A DNA stretch of 38,792 nt from Bifidobacterium breve (GTDB lineage Bacteria > Actinomycetota > Acidimicrobiia > IMCC26256). The notes beneath the pieces are model-generated. The model was not told the origin of the DNA. It saw only the letters and a list, made by a program, of their open reading frames with translations, and searched no databases. This document shows positions 8,663 to 17,994 of this stretch, piece after piece (positions within the stretch are counted from its first letter, which is position 1; each line of letters begins with the position of its first letter). The stretch spans positions 1-38,792 of the forward strand of contig CAMDSG010000001.1 in the NCBI GenBank assembly GCA_945907055.1. The letters run 5' to 3'. A program made the translations under genes and the position numbers.

Positions 8663-10303
8663 ATGACTGAACTCAACGCCACTGCACATCACGCAACAGC
8701 CGTAGCGCTCGTAGAGGCCGCCGCCTTAATTATCGATACGGCCTCCAATACCCTCGCTACACGCTCCGTCGAGAATGGCCGCATCTCAGTCGACCTCCTC
8801 GATAGACAACAAATTGCTGCATATGACCTTGCTCATGCTGCAAGTGCAGTCGTGGGTTCGCAGGTCATGCTCGCATACGCACTCCATGGAGAGTTTGAGG
8901 CGCGTCTCTCTTTTGCGTATATCGCAGATGTCATAGCGGACCTTGAGTCACGAATATTCGGGCGCCAAGACTCTTGGGGCGTAGATGCAGTTGTGCTCGC
9001 CCCCTTCACAGAGTTTGTATCCCTGTTCCGCTCCCCTGAGTTTTTAGAGTTGCTCGCTGACGATGTTATGAAGAAAGGCACCGGCCCTGCTCACCTCGAT
9101 GATGAGTTTGATTTGGTGCGCGACACATTCCACAGATTTGCACAGGACAAGATTCGCCCCGTTGCTGAGCACATTCATCGCAACAACGAAGACATACCTG
9201 AGTCGATCCTCCAAGGAATGGCAGAGATCGGCGGTTTCGGCCTCTCTGTGCCAGAGGAGTACGGAGGCTTTGCTGCAGGTGGCGAGTCGGATTATCTAGC
9301 CATGTGTGTTGCAACCGAGGAGTTGTCTTGGGGATCACTCGGCGCAGGTGGAGCCCTCATCACACGGCCTGAGATTCTCACTCGCGCGATTGTGCGCGGT
9401 GGGACCGAAGACCAGAAACACGGTTGGCTTCCACAGATTGCATCCGGTGAGCGCATCGTTGGCGTAATGGTCACAGAGCCCGACTTCGGATCGGACGTGG
9501 CAGGCGTCAACGTTATGGCGACACCCGATGGAGATGGGTGGGCAATCAATGGCGTTAAGACCTGGTGCACATTCGCCGGGCGCGCGGACACAATCATGCT
9601 CCTTGCTCGCACTGATCCAGACCGCTCCAAGGGTCACCGCGGTCTCTCAGTGTTTGTCGTCGAGAAGCCACCGGCACCAGGCCACTCATTCGCATTTGAA
9701 GACGGTCTCGGCGGGAAGATGGAGGGTCGAGCAATCGACACCCTTGGGTATCGCGGAATGCATTCATATGAGGTTGCCTTCGACAATTGGCACGTTCCAG
9801 CAGGTGCGTTAATCGGAGGAGAGAGCGGCCTAGGAAAAGGTTTCTACTTTCAGATGGAGGGTTTCGAGAACGGCAGGCTTCAGACCGCAGCTCGCGCAGT
9901 CGGGCTCATGCAGGCCGCCTTTGAGGCTGGGCTCTCCTACACAATTGATCGACGCGTCTTTGGCAAACCAGTCTTTGACTACCAGCTCACCAAGGCCAAG
10001 TTGGCGAAGATGGCTGCACTCATATGCGCGGGGCGTCAGTTCTCCTACGAGGTATCTCGCATGATGGCTCGCGGCGAAGGTGCTCTTGAGGCTTCGATGG
10101 TCAAGGCCTACGTATGCCGTGCAGCGGAGTGGGTAACACGCGAAGCCATGCAGCTCCACGGCGGCATGGGTTATGCAGAGGAGTACGACGTATCTCGCTA
10201 CTTCGTCGACGCTCGCGTGCTCTCGATCTTCGAGGGAGCAGACGAGACACTCTGCCTGCGCGTAATCGCTCGCAGACTTACGGAGCAAGCGTTAGAAGCA
10301 TAA
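8663..10303 (+). CDS. mcd: Long acyl-CoA dehydrogenase, probable (2S)-methylsuccinyl-CoA dehydrogenase
   Basis: 546 aa with a ~140-aa N-terminal helical extension; LITRPEI, TEPDFGSD, LGYRGMHSYE, RLQTAARAVG and ARVLSIFEGA resemble Rhodobacter-type Mcd as recalled. Confidence 0.75.
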   Translation: MTELNATAHHATAVALVEAAALIIDTASNTLATRSVENGRISVDLLDRQQIAAYDLAHAASAVVGSQVMLAYALHGEFEARLSFAYIADVIADLESRIFGRQDSWGVDAVVLAPFTEFVSLFRSPEFLELLADDVMKKGTGPAHLDDEFDLVRDTFHRFAQDKIRPVAEHIHRNNEDIPESILQGMAEIGGFGLSVPEEYGGFAAGGESDYLAMCVATEELSWGSLGAGGALITRPEILTRAIVRGGTEDQKHGWLPQIASGERIVGVMVTEPDFGSDVAGVNVMATPDGDGWAINGVKTWCTFAGRADTIMLLARTDPDRSKGHRGLSVFVVEKPPAPGHSFAFEDGLGGKMEGRAIDTLGYRGMHSYEVAFDNWHVPAGALIGGESGLGKGFYFQMEGFENGRLQTAARAVGLMQAAFEAGLSYTIDRRVFGKPVFDYQLTKAKLAKMAALICAGRQFSYEVSRMMARGEGALEASMVKAYVCRAAEWVTREAMQLHGGMGYAEEYDVSRYFVDARVLSIFEGADETLCLRVIARRLTEQALEA

Positions 10304-10308
10304 GACCC

Positions 10309-10335
10309 GCAAAAATTTGAGGACTCGAATTTTGC
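10309..10335. terminator. Candidate bidirectional terminator
   Basis: gcaaaaatttgag-ga-ctcgaattttgc inverted repeat fills the gap between two convergent stop codons. Confidence 0.5.
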
Positions 10336-11277
10336 CTACTCGGCGCTGCGGGTCATCCCTGCGCGAGATCCTCGAGTAACAAACTTGGTAGCCATCTTGC
10401 GGCTTGCCTCGTCGATCATCTCGTCCCCGAACATGACTGCTCCCTTGCGCTCGCCCTCTGTAGTGGCTTGCTCATAGGCATCGAGAATGTCGAATGCGCG
10501 GTCGAACTGCTCCTGAGTCGGTGTAAATAACTCATTTAGAATCACAACCTGCTCGGGGTGCAGCGCCCACTTGCCGTCGTAACCAAGAACTTTGGTGCGA
10601 TTCGTATAGTCCCTAAATGAGTCATGGTCGCGGATTTTAAGGAATGGTCCGTCGATGACCTGGAGACCGTTGGCGCGCCCTGCCATCAATATCTTTGAGA
10701 AGACATAGTGAAAGTGATCGCCTGGGTACTCATCGATCTGAACTCCACCGGTGAGGACCGGCATCTCGATAGATGCAGCAAAATCAGCCGGGCCAAAGAT
10801 GATGGTCTGGAGCCGTGAGGAAGCCGCACATATCTCTTCAACGTTGATTAGTCCGCGCGCTGTCTCAATCTGGGCTTCGATGCCAATATGTCCATTTGGC
10901 AGACCGGCCTTCTTCTCAACCTGTGTGAGGAGAAGATCCATCGCGACGATCTCGGCGGCACTCTGAACCTTGGGGAGCATGATCTCCTCAAGGCGAGGGC
11001 CTGCGTTCCCGACTACCTCAAGGATGTCGTAGACCGTCCACTCTGTATCCCACGCATTGACACGAACACATAGGACTGCTTCACCCCAGTCCTGCGACTT
11101 GATGGCATTTACAACCTTGGAGCGCGCCGCCTCTTTCTCGAGCGGCGATACGGAGTCCTCAAGATCGAGGAACACCATGTCGGCTCCTAGTCCGGGGGCC
11201 TTGGCAAGCATCTTCTCGCTCGAGCCTGGTACTGAGAGGCATGAGCGACGGGGCAGGGATCGTGTGCGTTCTGACAT
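10336..11277 (-). CDS. CitE/HpcH-family CoA ester lyase, probable malyl-CoA/beta-methylmalyl-CoA lyase
   Basis: RRSCLSVPGS, FLDLEDS, VRVN, LPKV, AQIETA, FGPADF, DGP, GKWALHP, MIDEASRKMA. Confidence 0.88.
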   Translation of the reverse strand: MSERTRSLPRRSCLSVPGSSEKMLAKAPGLGADMVFLDLEDSVSPLEKEAARSKVVNAIKSQDWGEAVLCVRVNAWDTEWTVYDILEVVGNAGPRLEEIMLPKVQSAAEIVAMDLLLTQVEKKAGLPNGHIGIEAQIETARGLINVEEICAASSRLQTIIFGPADFAASIEMPVLTGGVQIDEYPGDHFHYVFSKILMAGRANGLQVIDGPFLKIRDHDSFRDYTNRTKVLGYDGKWALHPEQVVILNELFTPTQEQFDRAFDILDAYEQATTEGERKGAVMFGDEMIDEASRKMATKFVTRGSRAGMTRSAE

Positions 11278-11358
11278 AGGGGTGGAGCGTAATCATCAAG
11301 GGAGGTCTGCTTCTACTCGGCATCGCTAAATACCCTCCGGGGCCGGTACTCTCAACCT

Positions 11359-12207
11359 GTGGCTAGCGACTCCCCAACCCTCACCCTGCATGAAATAGCG
11401 GACGGAGTAATGGTCTGGCTCCAGCCCGGGGGCGAGTCTGGTGTCAGTAATGCAGGCGTTGTGATTGATGACGACGGCCTCACAGTGATCGACACCCTGA
11501 TGGTTCCCGAGCAGTGGCAGCCGTTTGCCGCAGCAGTAAACGCTCTAGGCCTACCTGTTCGCAGAGTCGTCCTGACTCATGCGCATATTGATCATGTTGG
11601 CGGAACGAGTGCGTTTCGCAATGCGATGGTCTTAGCTTCATCGGTAACGAGTGACCTACTTGATCAAGAAATGCCGATCTCGGCTTACAAAGCATTTATG
11701 CCGGCCTTCACTCGCGGTTTCGACGAGCTCGAGGCGATCGGCACTCGACCAGTTAGCCATGTAATAGATAAACCAGCCATGGTTACTCCGCGCATCGAAG
11801 TGATTCCAGCCGCAGGGCACACCGCTGGAGACGTGATGGTTCTTGTTGAGGACGCGGATGTGCTCTTCGCAGGAGACATATGTTTCTTCGGCGTTACCCC
11901 TCTTGCGTTTCAAGGAGATGTAGTGACGTGGGCTGAGGTCTTAGAGATTGCAGTTGAAATGGCAGAGACAATCGTTCCAGGGCACGGACCAATAGGCGGC
12001 GCCGATGATGTGCGCGCTCTGCAGAACTACCTACGCGCATGCGTCGCAGCAGATGGCGACCCTTCGGCGATAGGAGCAGGTCCGTGGGATTCTTGGCTTG
12101 AGCGCGCCGAGCGAGATGCGATCAATGTGGAGAGAGCAAAGATGCTCGCTACAGGTGAGAGCCCGGGATCAATCCCGCCATCAATGCTGCGAGCCCTAGG
12201 CTTCTAA
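11359..12207 (+). CDS. MBL-fold metallo-hydrolase (cyclase-like)
   Basis: SNAGVV, IDT, THAHIDHVGG, GHT, FAGD, VPGHG. Confidence 0.88.
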   Translation: MASDSPTLTLHEIADGVMVWLQPGGESGVSNAGVVIDDDGLTVIDTLMVPEQWQPFAAAVNALGLPVRRVVLTHAHIDHVGGTSAFRNAMVLASSVTSDLLDQEMPISAYKAFMPAFTRGFDELEAIGTRPVSHVIDKPAMVTPRIEVIPAAGHTAGDVMVLVEDADVLFAGDICFFGVTPLAFQGDVVTWAEVLEIAVEMAETIVPGHGPIGGADDVRALQNYLRACVAADGDPSAIGAGPWDSWLERAERDAINVERAKMLATGESPGSIPPSMLRALGF

Positions 12208-12232
12208 TATCCGCCAACTTCGGAAGCAGTTT

Positions 12233-12694
12233 TTAGTAGGCGCCTTCGAGTTTGGAGTGGTCCCAGGAGACGACCTTGTCGAGAGTTATCCGCACCCCTA
12301 AGCGCTTGGCTCCCATCGAATGCACCCCCTCGCGCACAGCCTCATCAGTAATGGGCATCCAGTATTTCTCAAAGACCGCCTCACCAATAGCGTTGACCTC
12401 ATCTCGATCCTCGATGACGGTAGCGGTGCCCGCCACGGATACTCCACGAAGTTTCTCGTAGACATCCCCATCGGCGACAAGCACCGTCACCCTCGGGTCG
12501 CGCTGGAGATTCACGATCTTCTGACTGCGTCCATAGGTCCAGAAGCAGAGGTCACCATCTACGAGCGCGAACCACATCGTGACAAGGTGCGGGGTGCCGT
12601 CAGCATTGATGGAGGCAACTTGAAGATCTCGCCCTGAGGTGAGGTAGGACTCAACCTCGGCCTCGGTCATGCGGATGATGTCTCGTCTGCTCAT
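12233..12694 (-). CDS. PPOX-class (split beta-barrel) F420-dependent oxidoreductase
   Basis: DGTPHLVTMWF, WTYGRSQKIVNLQRDPRV, SWDHSKL. Confidence 0.88.
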   Translation of the reverse strand: MSRRDIIRMTEAEVESYLTSGRDLQVASINADGTPHLVTMWFALVDGDLCFWTYGRSQKIVNLQRDPRVTVLVADGDVYEKLRGVSVAGTATVIEDRDEVNAIGEAVFEKYWMPITDEAVREGVHSMGAKRLGVRITLDKVVSWDHSKLEGAY

Positions 12695-12783
12695 GGCTCG
12701 CTCCCGTCAAGAAGGCCCCGCTCCCAATTTGGGGGCCGCGCGAGACCGAGGCTACCTAGCGCGGCAGGGTAACCTTTCAAACT

Positions 12784-13230
12784 GTGGCAACCAACCCAGA
12801 TCCCCAATTGGCGCTCGAGACAATCTCCGGAAGCAGCCGCTCCATAGACGACTGGACCACGATGTTTCAGTTGTGCCTCGTGATCCTCCCGGATGAGATG
12901 GAGGCGACAAAGTATTTCCCGATCACCGACCAGATATCCAAGGTCCTTGGGGACGCAGACTGCCGAACCGCGTTTGTTGTTCCAACCACTTCAGCGATTG
13001 CACGGAGAATCCTTGGCAAGAGGGCGGACGAGGTAATGACCTTCATCGACCCCGAGCGGAGTCTTATGGCAGGCCTTGGGATCACCTCTCTCCCCGCTTT
13101 GGTTCACATTCGCCAGGACACTTCGGTAGGCGAGGTAGCTGAGGGTTGGAACCCGACCGAGTGGCAGAGGGTCGCTAAGTCGATTGCCAAGGCGATGGCT
13201 TGGTCGGCCCCGGAGTTCAAAGACTCCTAG
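12784..13230 (+). CDS. Hypothetical protein, probable thioredoxin/redoxin-like fold without CxxC
   Basis: FIDPERSLMAGLGITSLPALVHIRQD..AEGW resembles the C-terminal half of AhpC/TSA redoxins; GTG start 8 nt after TAACCT. Confidence 0.65.
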   Translation: MATNPDPQLALETISGSSRSIDDWTTMFQLCLVILPDEMEATKYFPITDQISKVLGDADCRTAFVVPTTSAIARRILGKRADEVMTFIDPERSLMAGLGITSLPALVHIRQDTSVGEVAEGWNPTEWQRVAKSIAKAMAWSAPEFKDS

Positions 13231-13444
13231 GCCAAAATATCGCGAAAGTGCTGGTCAGAGCCCTTTTTGGCTCCCCGCGTAGCACTTGGACCACCCCGCC
13301 GCCTAGGGTCTAGTGCATCAGCAACCCCTCACCTTTGGGTTGTCATGTCTAATTCAAATCCTGTCCAACTGCTGTGCAAGCCGTGTTCGGCAAGGACCAA
13401 CCGAGGAGACGAGCAATGCGCTCGGATCAGAGGACGGCCCCCAA

Positions 13445-14494
13445 ATGAACTTAAGAAAATCGATAACACCATTCATCGCAACACTCCTCTTGGCCTCTAT
13501 TGGCTTCGCAGGGATTGCCTCTAGCGCTCCCGTTGACAGCAAGCGTCGCCAAGCGGCAGCGCTTGAGGCATCAATCGCTGCGAACGGCGAGCGGACCAAC
13601 ATGCTCTCCGAGCGCCTCAACGGCGCTCGCCTTCGGGTAGCAGAGGCCCAGGCAGGCATCGCAGAGGCTCAGAGACGAACCGACGAGGCACAGGCCCAGG
13701 CCACACGCATTACTGGCGTCCTCTCGAGCCGGGCCTCCACCATTTACAAGGGAGCCGCTACCGGCACCCCGCTTCGTGCAACAAGCGTTAAGAAGATCAA
13801 CGAGCTAGGTATCCGCTCAAAATACGCGGCCGCCGCAGCGGAGTACGATGGAACTCTCCTTGAGACGCTCCAGCGCGCACGCGAGGAACTAGCCGTTCAG
13901 AAGGCCGAGCTCGAGCGCCAGAAAGCGGCTGCTGCGGCTCAGCGAGATGCTGTAGCAAGTGCCCGGGCTCAGGTCACTGCAGCCAACGCCGAGCAGCGAC
14001 GACTCCTATCTCAGGTCAAGGGAGATATTGCCGCCCTTGTATCCCAGGAGCAGGCGCGTCGTGCAGCGGCGGTGCGTAATACCGCGGTGACTCCAGTTAG
14101 AGGGCGAACCGGTAATCCTGAGCGCTTCCCCAATATTCCCGCACCATCAGCGGGGGCCGCTACAGCTATTGCCTTCGCTAGAGCACAGCTTGGAAAGCCG
14201 TACCGCTACGCAACCGCAGGGCCCAATACCTTCGACTGCTCAGGGCTCACGATGCGGGCATGGGGAGCGGCTGGAGTGCGTATGGCTCACTTCTCCGGAG
14301 CCCAGTACAGATCTTTCCCCCGCATTCCGCTCTCTGCTCTCCAGCCAGGTGACCTCGTATTCAGGGGGCCAAACGGATCCGCACACGTGGCGCTTTACAT
14401 CGGCGGAGGCATGATCCTTACAGCGCCCCAGACTGGCGATGTCGTGAAGATCGCTCGCATGGGCGACGTCATGGGTGCTGTGCGACCGGGTTGA
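13445..14494 (+). CDS. Secreted NlpC/P60 peptidoglycan endopeptidase with coiled-coil N-domain (RipA/CwlO-like)
   Basis: Signal peptide from MNLRK, Ala/Gln-rich coiled coil, GKPY...FDCSGLT, PGDLVF, HVALY; GAGGA RBS at 13430-13434. Confidence 0.92.
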   Translation: MNLRKSITPFIATLLLASIGFAGIASSAPVDSKRRQAAALEASIAANGERTNMLSERLNGARLRVAEAQAGIAEAQRRTDEAQAQATRITGVLSSRASTIYKGAATGTPLRATSVKKINELGIRSKYAAAAAEYDGTLLETLQRAREELAVQKAELERQKAAAAAQRDAVASARAQVTAANAEQRRLLSQVKGDIAALVSQEQARRAAAVRNTAVTPVRGRTGNPERFPNIPAPSAGAATAIAFARAQLGKPYRYATAGPNTFDCSGLTMRAWGAAGVRMAHFSGAQYRSFPRIPLSALQPGDLVFRGPNGSAHVALYIGGGMILTAPQTGDVVKIARMGDVMGAVRPG

Positions 14495-14501
14495 TCAGCA
14501 T

Positions 14502-14517
14502 CTGCTCAGATGAGCAG
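14502..14517. terminator. Short hairpin between convergent genes
   Basis: CTGCTC-AGAT-GAGCAG. Confidence 0.35.
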
Positions 14518-15525
14518 TTACGGAATAACAAGCATTCCGAGATCAGCCTCAATTTGAGGGCGTGGCTTGGCTCCTTGGCACACGCGCTCGAGTCGGCCGT
14601 TTCTAAATAGGGCAATCATTGGAATGCTCTGCACACCAAATTGCTCAGCGAGGGTCGGCTCCTCATCGATGTTTATCTTCACTACTTTGTAAGCACCCGC
14701 TCGCATTACGGCGATCTGCTCAACAATCGGTGAGACCTGTCTGCAAGGCTGACACCAAGGTGCCCAAAAATCAACGATCACAGGCAACTCGCTCTGCAGA
14801 ACCTCGCGCGCAAATAAAGCGGTGGTCACACTGCGAACCGGACCCTCTTGCGGATCGTCTGGCACCGGTACCGATGGCAACTGGCCGGCCTCAACCTCAG
14901 AGAGCCAGGCTCGCGCTGCCTCGATCCCCTCAATCGCCACCCCATGCCCCATCGGAAACTCCAAGTAGGTAACAGGTACGAGGCGCGACTCAAGGTCCCG
15001 AGCGAGGGAGCGTGCGTTCGCAACCTTGACAATCTCGTCCTCAGTACCGTGCTCAATGAGGATTGGTAGAGCCTTGATGCTCTCCGGGTCGACCAGCACC
15101 GGGAGCGGAGGCCCAGGGATCGCAGGGCTCATAGCCAACACAGCCTTGGGCATAGTGGGCCCACTGCGCAGCGCCAGCGCAAGGGCCATCCCTGCGCCCT
15201 GCGAGAAGCCCCCAACGATTGCCTCCGAGCGCTCAAAACCACGCCCCTCGCACTCAATGTCTAGGAGAGCATCGAGTGCGTCTAGCGACTCAGTAAAGCG
15301 CCCTATATCTGGAGCACCCGAGGAGTCCCATTGATACCAGGCATACCCAGGAGTGCCCGGAACCCCCTCTAGTCCGCGAGGCAGCAGGACACAGTAAGCC
15401 CCCTCCGGGTCAAGGTAGGGAAGAAGCCCTGCGAGGTCACGCTCGTCGGCACCGAACCCATGTATCAGCATCAAAATGCGCTTAGCGCTTGGTGGAGCGA
15501 CTACCTCAGTATGTAAATCAATCAT
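14518..15525 (-). CDS. Fusion of phospholipase/carboxylesterase (alpha/beta hydrolase) and thioredoxin
   Basis: N-domain [22 protein letters not shown]; C-domain [27 protein letters not shown]; single uninterrupted ORF. Confidence 0.9.
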   Translation of the reverse strand: MIDLHTEVVAPPSAKRILMLIHGFGADERDLAGLLPYLDPEGAYCVLLPRGLEGVPGTPGYAWYQWDSSGAPDIGRFTESLDALDALLDIECEGRGFERSEAIVGGFSQGAGMALALALRSGPTMPKAVLAMSPAIPGPPLPVLVDPESIKALPILIEHGTEDEIVKVANARSLARDLESRLVPVTYLEFPMGHGVAIEGIEAARAWLSEVEAGQLPSVPVPDDPQEGPVRSVTTALFAREVLQSELPVIVDFWAPWCQPCRQVSPIVEQIAVMRAGAYKVVKINIDEEPTLAEQFGVQSIPMIALFRNGRLERVCQGAKPRPQIEADLGMLVIP

Positions 15526-15708
15526 GAGCAGAGCCTAGGGCTAACCCCTACCCATCGCCTCACGTGGTGGGGGGAGGAGAATCTCGCGGCAAACTCATCA
15601 GGTATCGCCACGCGGGATTGTTCAGCCAATAGTTCGCACCGATACAACGAAGCGTGGAAACATAAGAAAATCGCCGGGCAAGAGTCCGGCCTCAGGGAGA
15701 GGCACGTA

Positions 15709-16749
15709 ATGAAACTCGGCGTAAATTTTGGTTATCAAGACTGGGGATCAAATCTTGAAGGAGCGCTAGCAGTAGCGCGAGAGGCCGACCGCCTTGGATA
15801 CTCCTCGGGCTGGACAGCAGAGGCTTACGGAACTGACGCCGTTACACCACTGACATGGATGCTTGCGAATACCGAGAATATGTCTTTTGCCCCAGCGATC
15901 ATGCAGATGCCTGCGCGTACCCCAGCCATGACCGCTATGACCGCGGCGACTCTTGACCTAATGAGTGGCGGCAGATTCATGCTTGGTCTCGGCGCATCCG
16001 GCCCTCAGGTAGCAGAGGGATGGCACGGCGAGGCTTACGGAAAACCGTTAGGTCGGACTCGCGAATATGTTGAGATTGTTCGAACAATTCTCCGACGCGA
16101 GGCCCCGCTTGAGCACCACGGCGCGCACTACGACATTCCATATACAGGTCCCGGCGCGACTGGTTTAGGCAAGCCCCTAAAGATCATCGTGCACCCGAGG
16201 CGCTCTGACATCCCCATCTACCTCGCTGCAATTGGACCAAAGAACGTTGAGCTCGCAGCAGAGATCGCTGACGGATGGTTACCGATATTCTTCTCTCCAG
16301 AGCGCTACGCAGATGCGTTTAAAGATGCAGTTGAGGCTGGGTTCGCTAAAGCCGGCAGTGATAAGACCCTCGCTAATTTCGATATTGCTCCTACCGTCAC
16401 AGTTCTCCTAGGAGATGATCTCGAGATGCTTCGCGGCTTCGCCAAGCCAATGATCGCTCTCTACGTTGGCGGGATGGGCGCGCGCGGGAAGAATTTCTAC
16501 AACGACCTCGCATGTCGTTATGGCTTCGAGGCCGAGGCCAAAGAAATTCAGGATCTATACCTTGATGGTAAGAAGCGCGAGGCTGCGGCTGCGGTGCCCG
16601 ACTCGCTCGTGGATGAGATCGCACTCATCGGACCTAAGGAGCGCATCGCTGACCGTCTTGATGCCTGGCGCGAATCTGGAGTTGGGACCCTAATTGTGGG
16701 TTCTGCCCAGATTGAGGCAATCCGCGTGATGGCCGAACTCTGTCTGTGA
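15709..16749 (+). CDS. LLM-class F420-dependent oxidoreductase
   Basis: [51 protein letters not shown]; GGGAGAGG RBS. Confidence 0.93.
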   Translation: MKLGVNFGYQDWGSNLEGALAVAREADRLGYSSGWTAEAYGTDAVTPLTWMLANTENMSFAPAIMQMPARTPAMTAMTAATLDLMSGGRFMLGLGASGPQVAEGWHGEAYGKPLGRTREYVEIVRTILRREAPLEHHGAHYDIPYTGPGATGLGKPLKIIVHPRRSDIPIYLAAIGPKNVELAAEIADGWLPIFFSPERYADAFKDAVEAGFAKAGSDKTLANFDIAPTVTVLLGDDLEMLRGFAKPMIALYVGGMGARGKNFYNDLACRYGFEAEAKEIQDLYLDGKKREAAAAVPDSLVDEIALIGPKERIADRLDAWRESGVGTLIVGSAQIEAIRVMAELCL

Positions 16750-17417
16750 TCCAAGCACAACCCGCAGGCAACTCGGCTCAGTTTCGTGCGGTTCTCTTCG
16801 ACCTAGGCGGAGTTGTCTTTCCATCCCCATTCGATGCATTCGATGCATACGAAAGGGAAGAGGGTTTAAGTAAGGGATTTGTCCGCGCAGTAATTGCGCG
16901 CAGCGCTGAAGACGGTGCATGGGCACGCCTAGAGCGCAGCGACGTCACCTTCAAGGAGTTCTGCTTAGAGTTAGAGGGCGAGGCTCTACTTGCAGGCGAG
17001 GAGATCTCTGCAGAGCAACTCATGGCCATGGTTGGTTCGAGCCTTACTCCGCGCCCCGAGATGGTCGCTGCAATTAATGCCTTAAGAAGTATCGGGCTAC
17101 TGATAGGTGCACTAACAAATAACTGGGCACTCGCAGAGGGCCGCGCCGATGCACAGCCTCACTCTCTCGGGAACCTTGGTCTCTTCGACATCGTCGTCGA
17201 GTCAGCCGTCGAGGGGATGCGCAAACCTGATCCGCGCATCTATGAATTGACCTGTCAGCGACTCGGGGTAGAACCAGCAGAGGTAGTTTTCCTCGACGAT
17301 TTAGGGATCAATCTCAAGCCTGCGAGAGCAATGGGGATGACCACGATCAAGGTCGCCGACGTCAGAGACGCATTAAATGAACTCGGCGAAATTTTTGGTA
17401 TAAGCCTTCACTATTAA
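16746..17417 (+). CDS. HAD-IA family hydrolase/phosphatase
   Basis: [30 protein letters not shown]; GTGA overlap with the LLM stop. Confidence 0.88.
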   Translation: MIQAQPAGNSAQFRAVLFDLGGVVFPSPFDAFDAYEREEGLSKGFVRAVIARSAEDGAWARLERSDVTFKEFCLELEGEALLAGEEISAEQLMAMVGSSLTPRPEMVAAINALRSIGLLIGALTNNWALAEGRADAQPHSLGNLGLFDIVVESAVEGMRKPDPRIYELTCQRLGVEPAEVVFLDDLGINLKPARAMGMTTIKVADVRDALNELGEIFGISLHY

Positions 17418-17432
17418 GAGCGTAAGACGGCT

Positions 17433-17840
17433 CTAAGAGTTAGGCGACTGCATCACGTGGAGATTGACTCCGTGAAGAATCTCGCCGTCAATATAGATAT
17501 TTGCCAGCACCGGCCCATAACGCTCGACCGCCACATTACGGATATCGAGGGTTATCGGGATTGATGGCTGCTCATCAATTAAGAGCATCTCAGGCGAACC
17601 GAACTCGAAGGTTCCGTTTATCTCTGCGAGTTCTTTTCCGTCTTCATCGATCACACGCACTAGCAGCGTGTGCTGCTGCTGCGCCTCGAATCGATCGAGC
17701 TCGATGACCATAGCGAGGAATACTCCAATGGGGGCTGGTAGCTCGTCACGAAGGGATCTAGTCACTCCACCCGAGGAGACGAAGAGAAGCCCCTCACGAA
17801 CCTGTGCGAAGTCACAAAACATTGCGGTACTTATCTGCAT
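17433..17840 (-). CDS. Hypothetical beta-rich protein (DUF6941-like)
   Basis: MFCDFAQVREGLLFVSSGG N-terminus; TAGTGT -10 9 nt upstream. Confidence 0.7.
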   Translation of the reverse strand: MQISTAMFCDFAQVREGLLFVSSGGVTRSLRDELPAPIGVFLAMVIELDRFEAQQQHTLLVRVIDEDGKELAEINGTFEFGSPEMLLIDEQPSIPITLDIRNVAVERYGPVLANIYIDGEILHGVNLHVMQSPNS

Positions 17841-17911
17841 AGGGCCGTCACACTAGGCGCACGGCTCTACAAGCTTCGCCACCTCACCCTGCCCGATTCA
17901 CAACTCTTAAG

Positions 17912-17994
17912 TACCCGGGACGGGACTCGAACCCGTAAGCCCTTTCGGGCGGGCGGTTTTAAGCCGCCTGCGTATGCCGTTCCGCCACCCGGGC
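17912..17994 (-). tRNA. tRNA-Leu (anticodon TAA; bldA-equivalent), CCA not fully encoded
   Basis: GCCCGGG acceptor stem, TGGCGGAACGGCATACGCA D region, GGCGG-CTTAAAA-CCGCC anticodon arm, long variable arm GCCC-GAAA-GGGC, ACGGG-TTCGAGT-CCCGT T arm. Confidence 0.97.

Noticed and set aside
13313-13444. N-terminal extension of the NlpC/P60 ORF (also the extensions from 1558, 1543, 5366, 18493 and 37768)
   Set aside because: Better starts exist downstream, supported by signal peptide, RBS, -10 position or family N-terminus; the extensions cover intergenic or overlapping DNA.
13240-13444. ydaO/c-di-AMP riboswitch
   Set aside because: Hallmark segments (GCCGAATCC, GGGGAACC, GTCAGCTAAC) were not found.
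1627-17417. Split bacterial version of bifunctional soluble epoxide hydrolase (EH plus HAD)
   Set aside because: The two genes are ~14 kb apart in separate units, and both families are common.
17433-17994. Genomic island integrated at tRNA-Leu
   Set aside because: No integrase, no duplicated tRNA 3' end seen in the window, and no obvious compositional shift.
17912-17994. bldA-style rare-codon regulation
   Set aside because: In-frame TTA codons occur in ordinary genes here (e.g. the LLM and HAD genes), so TTA is not as rare as in Streptomyces.
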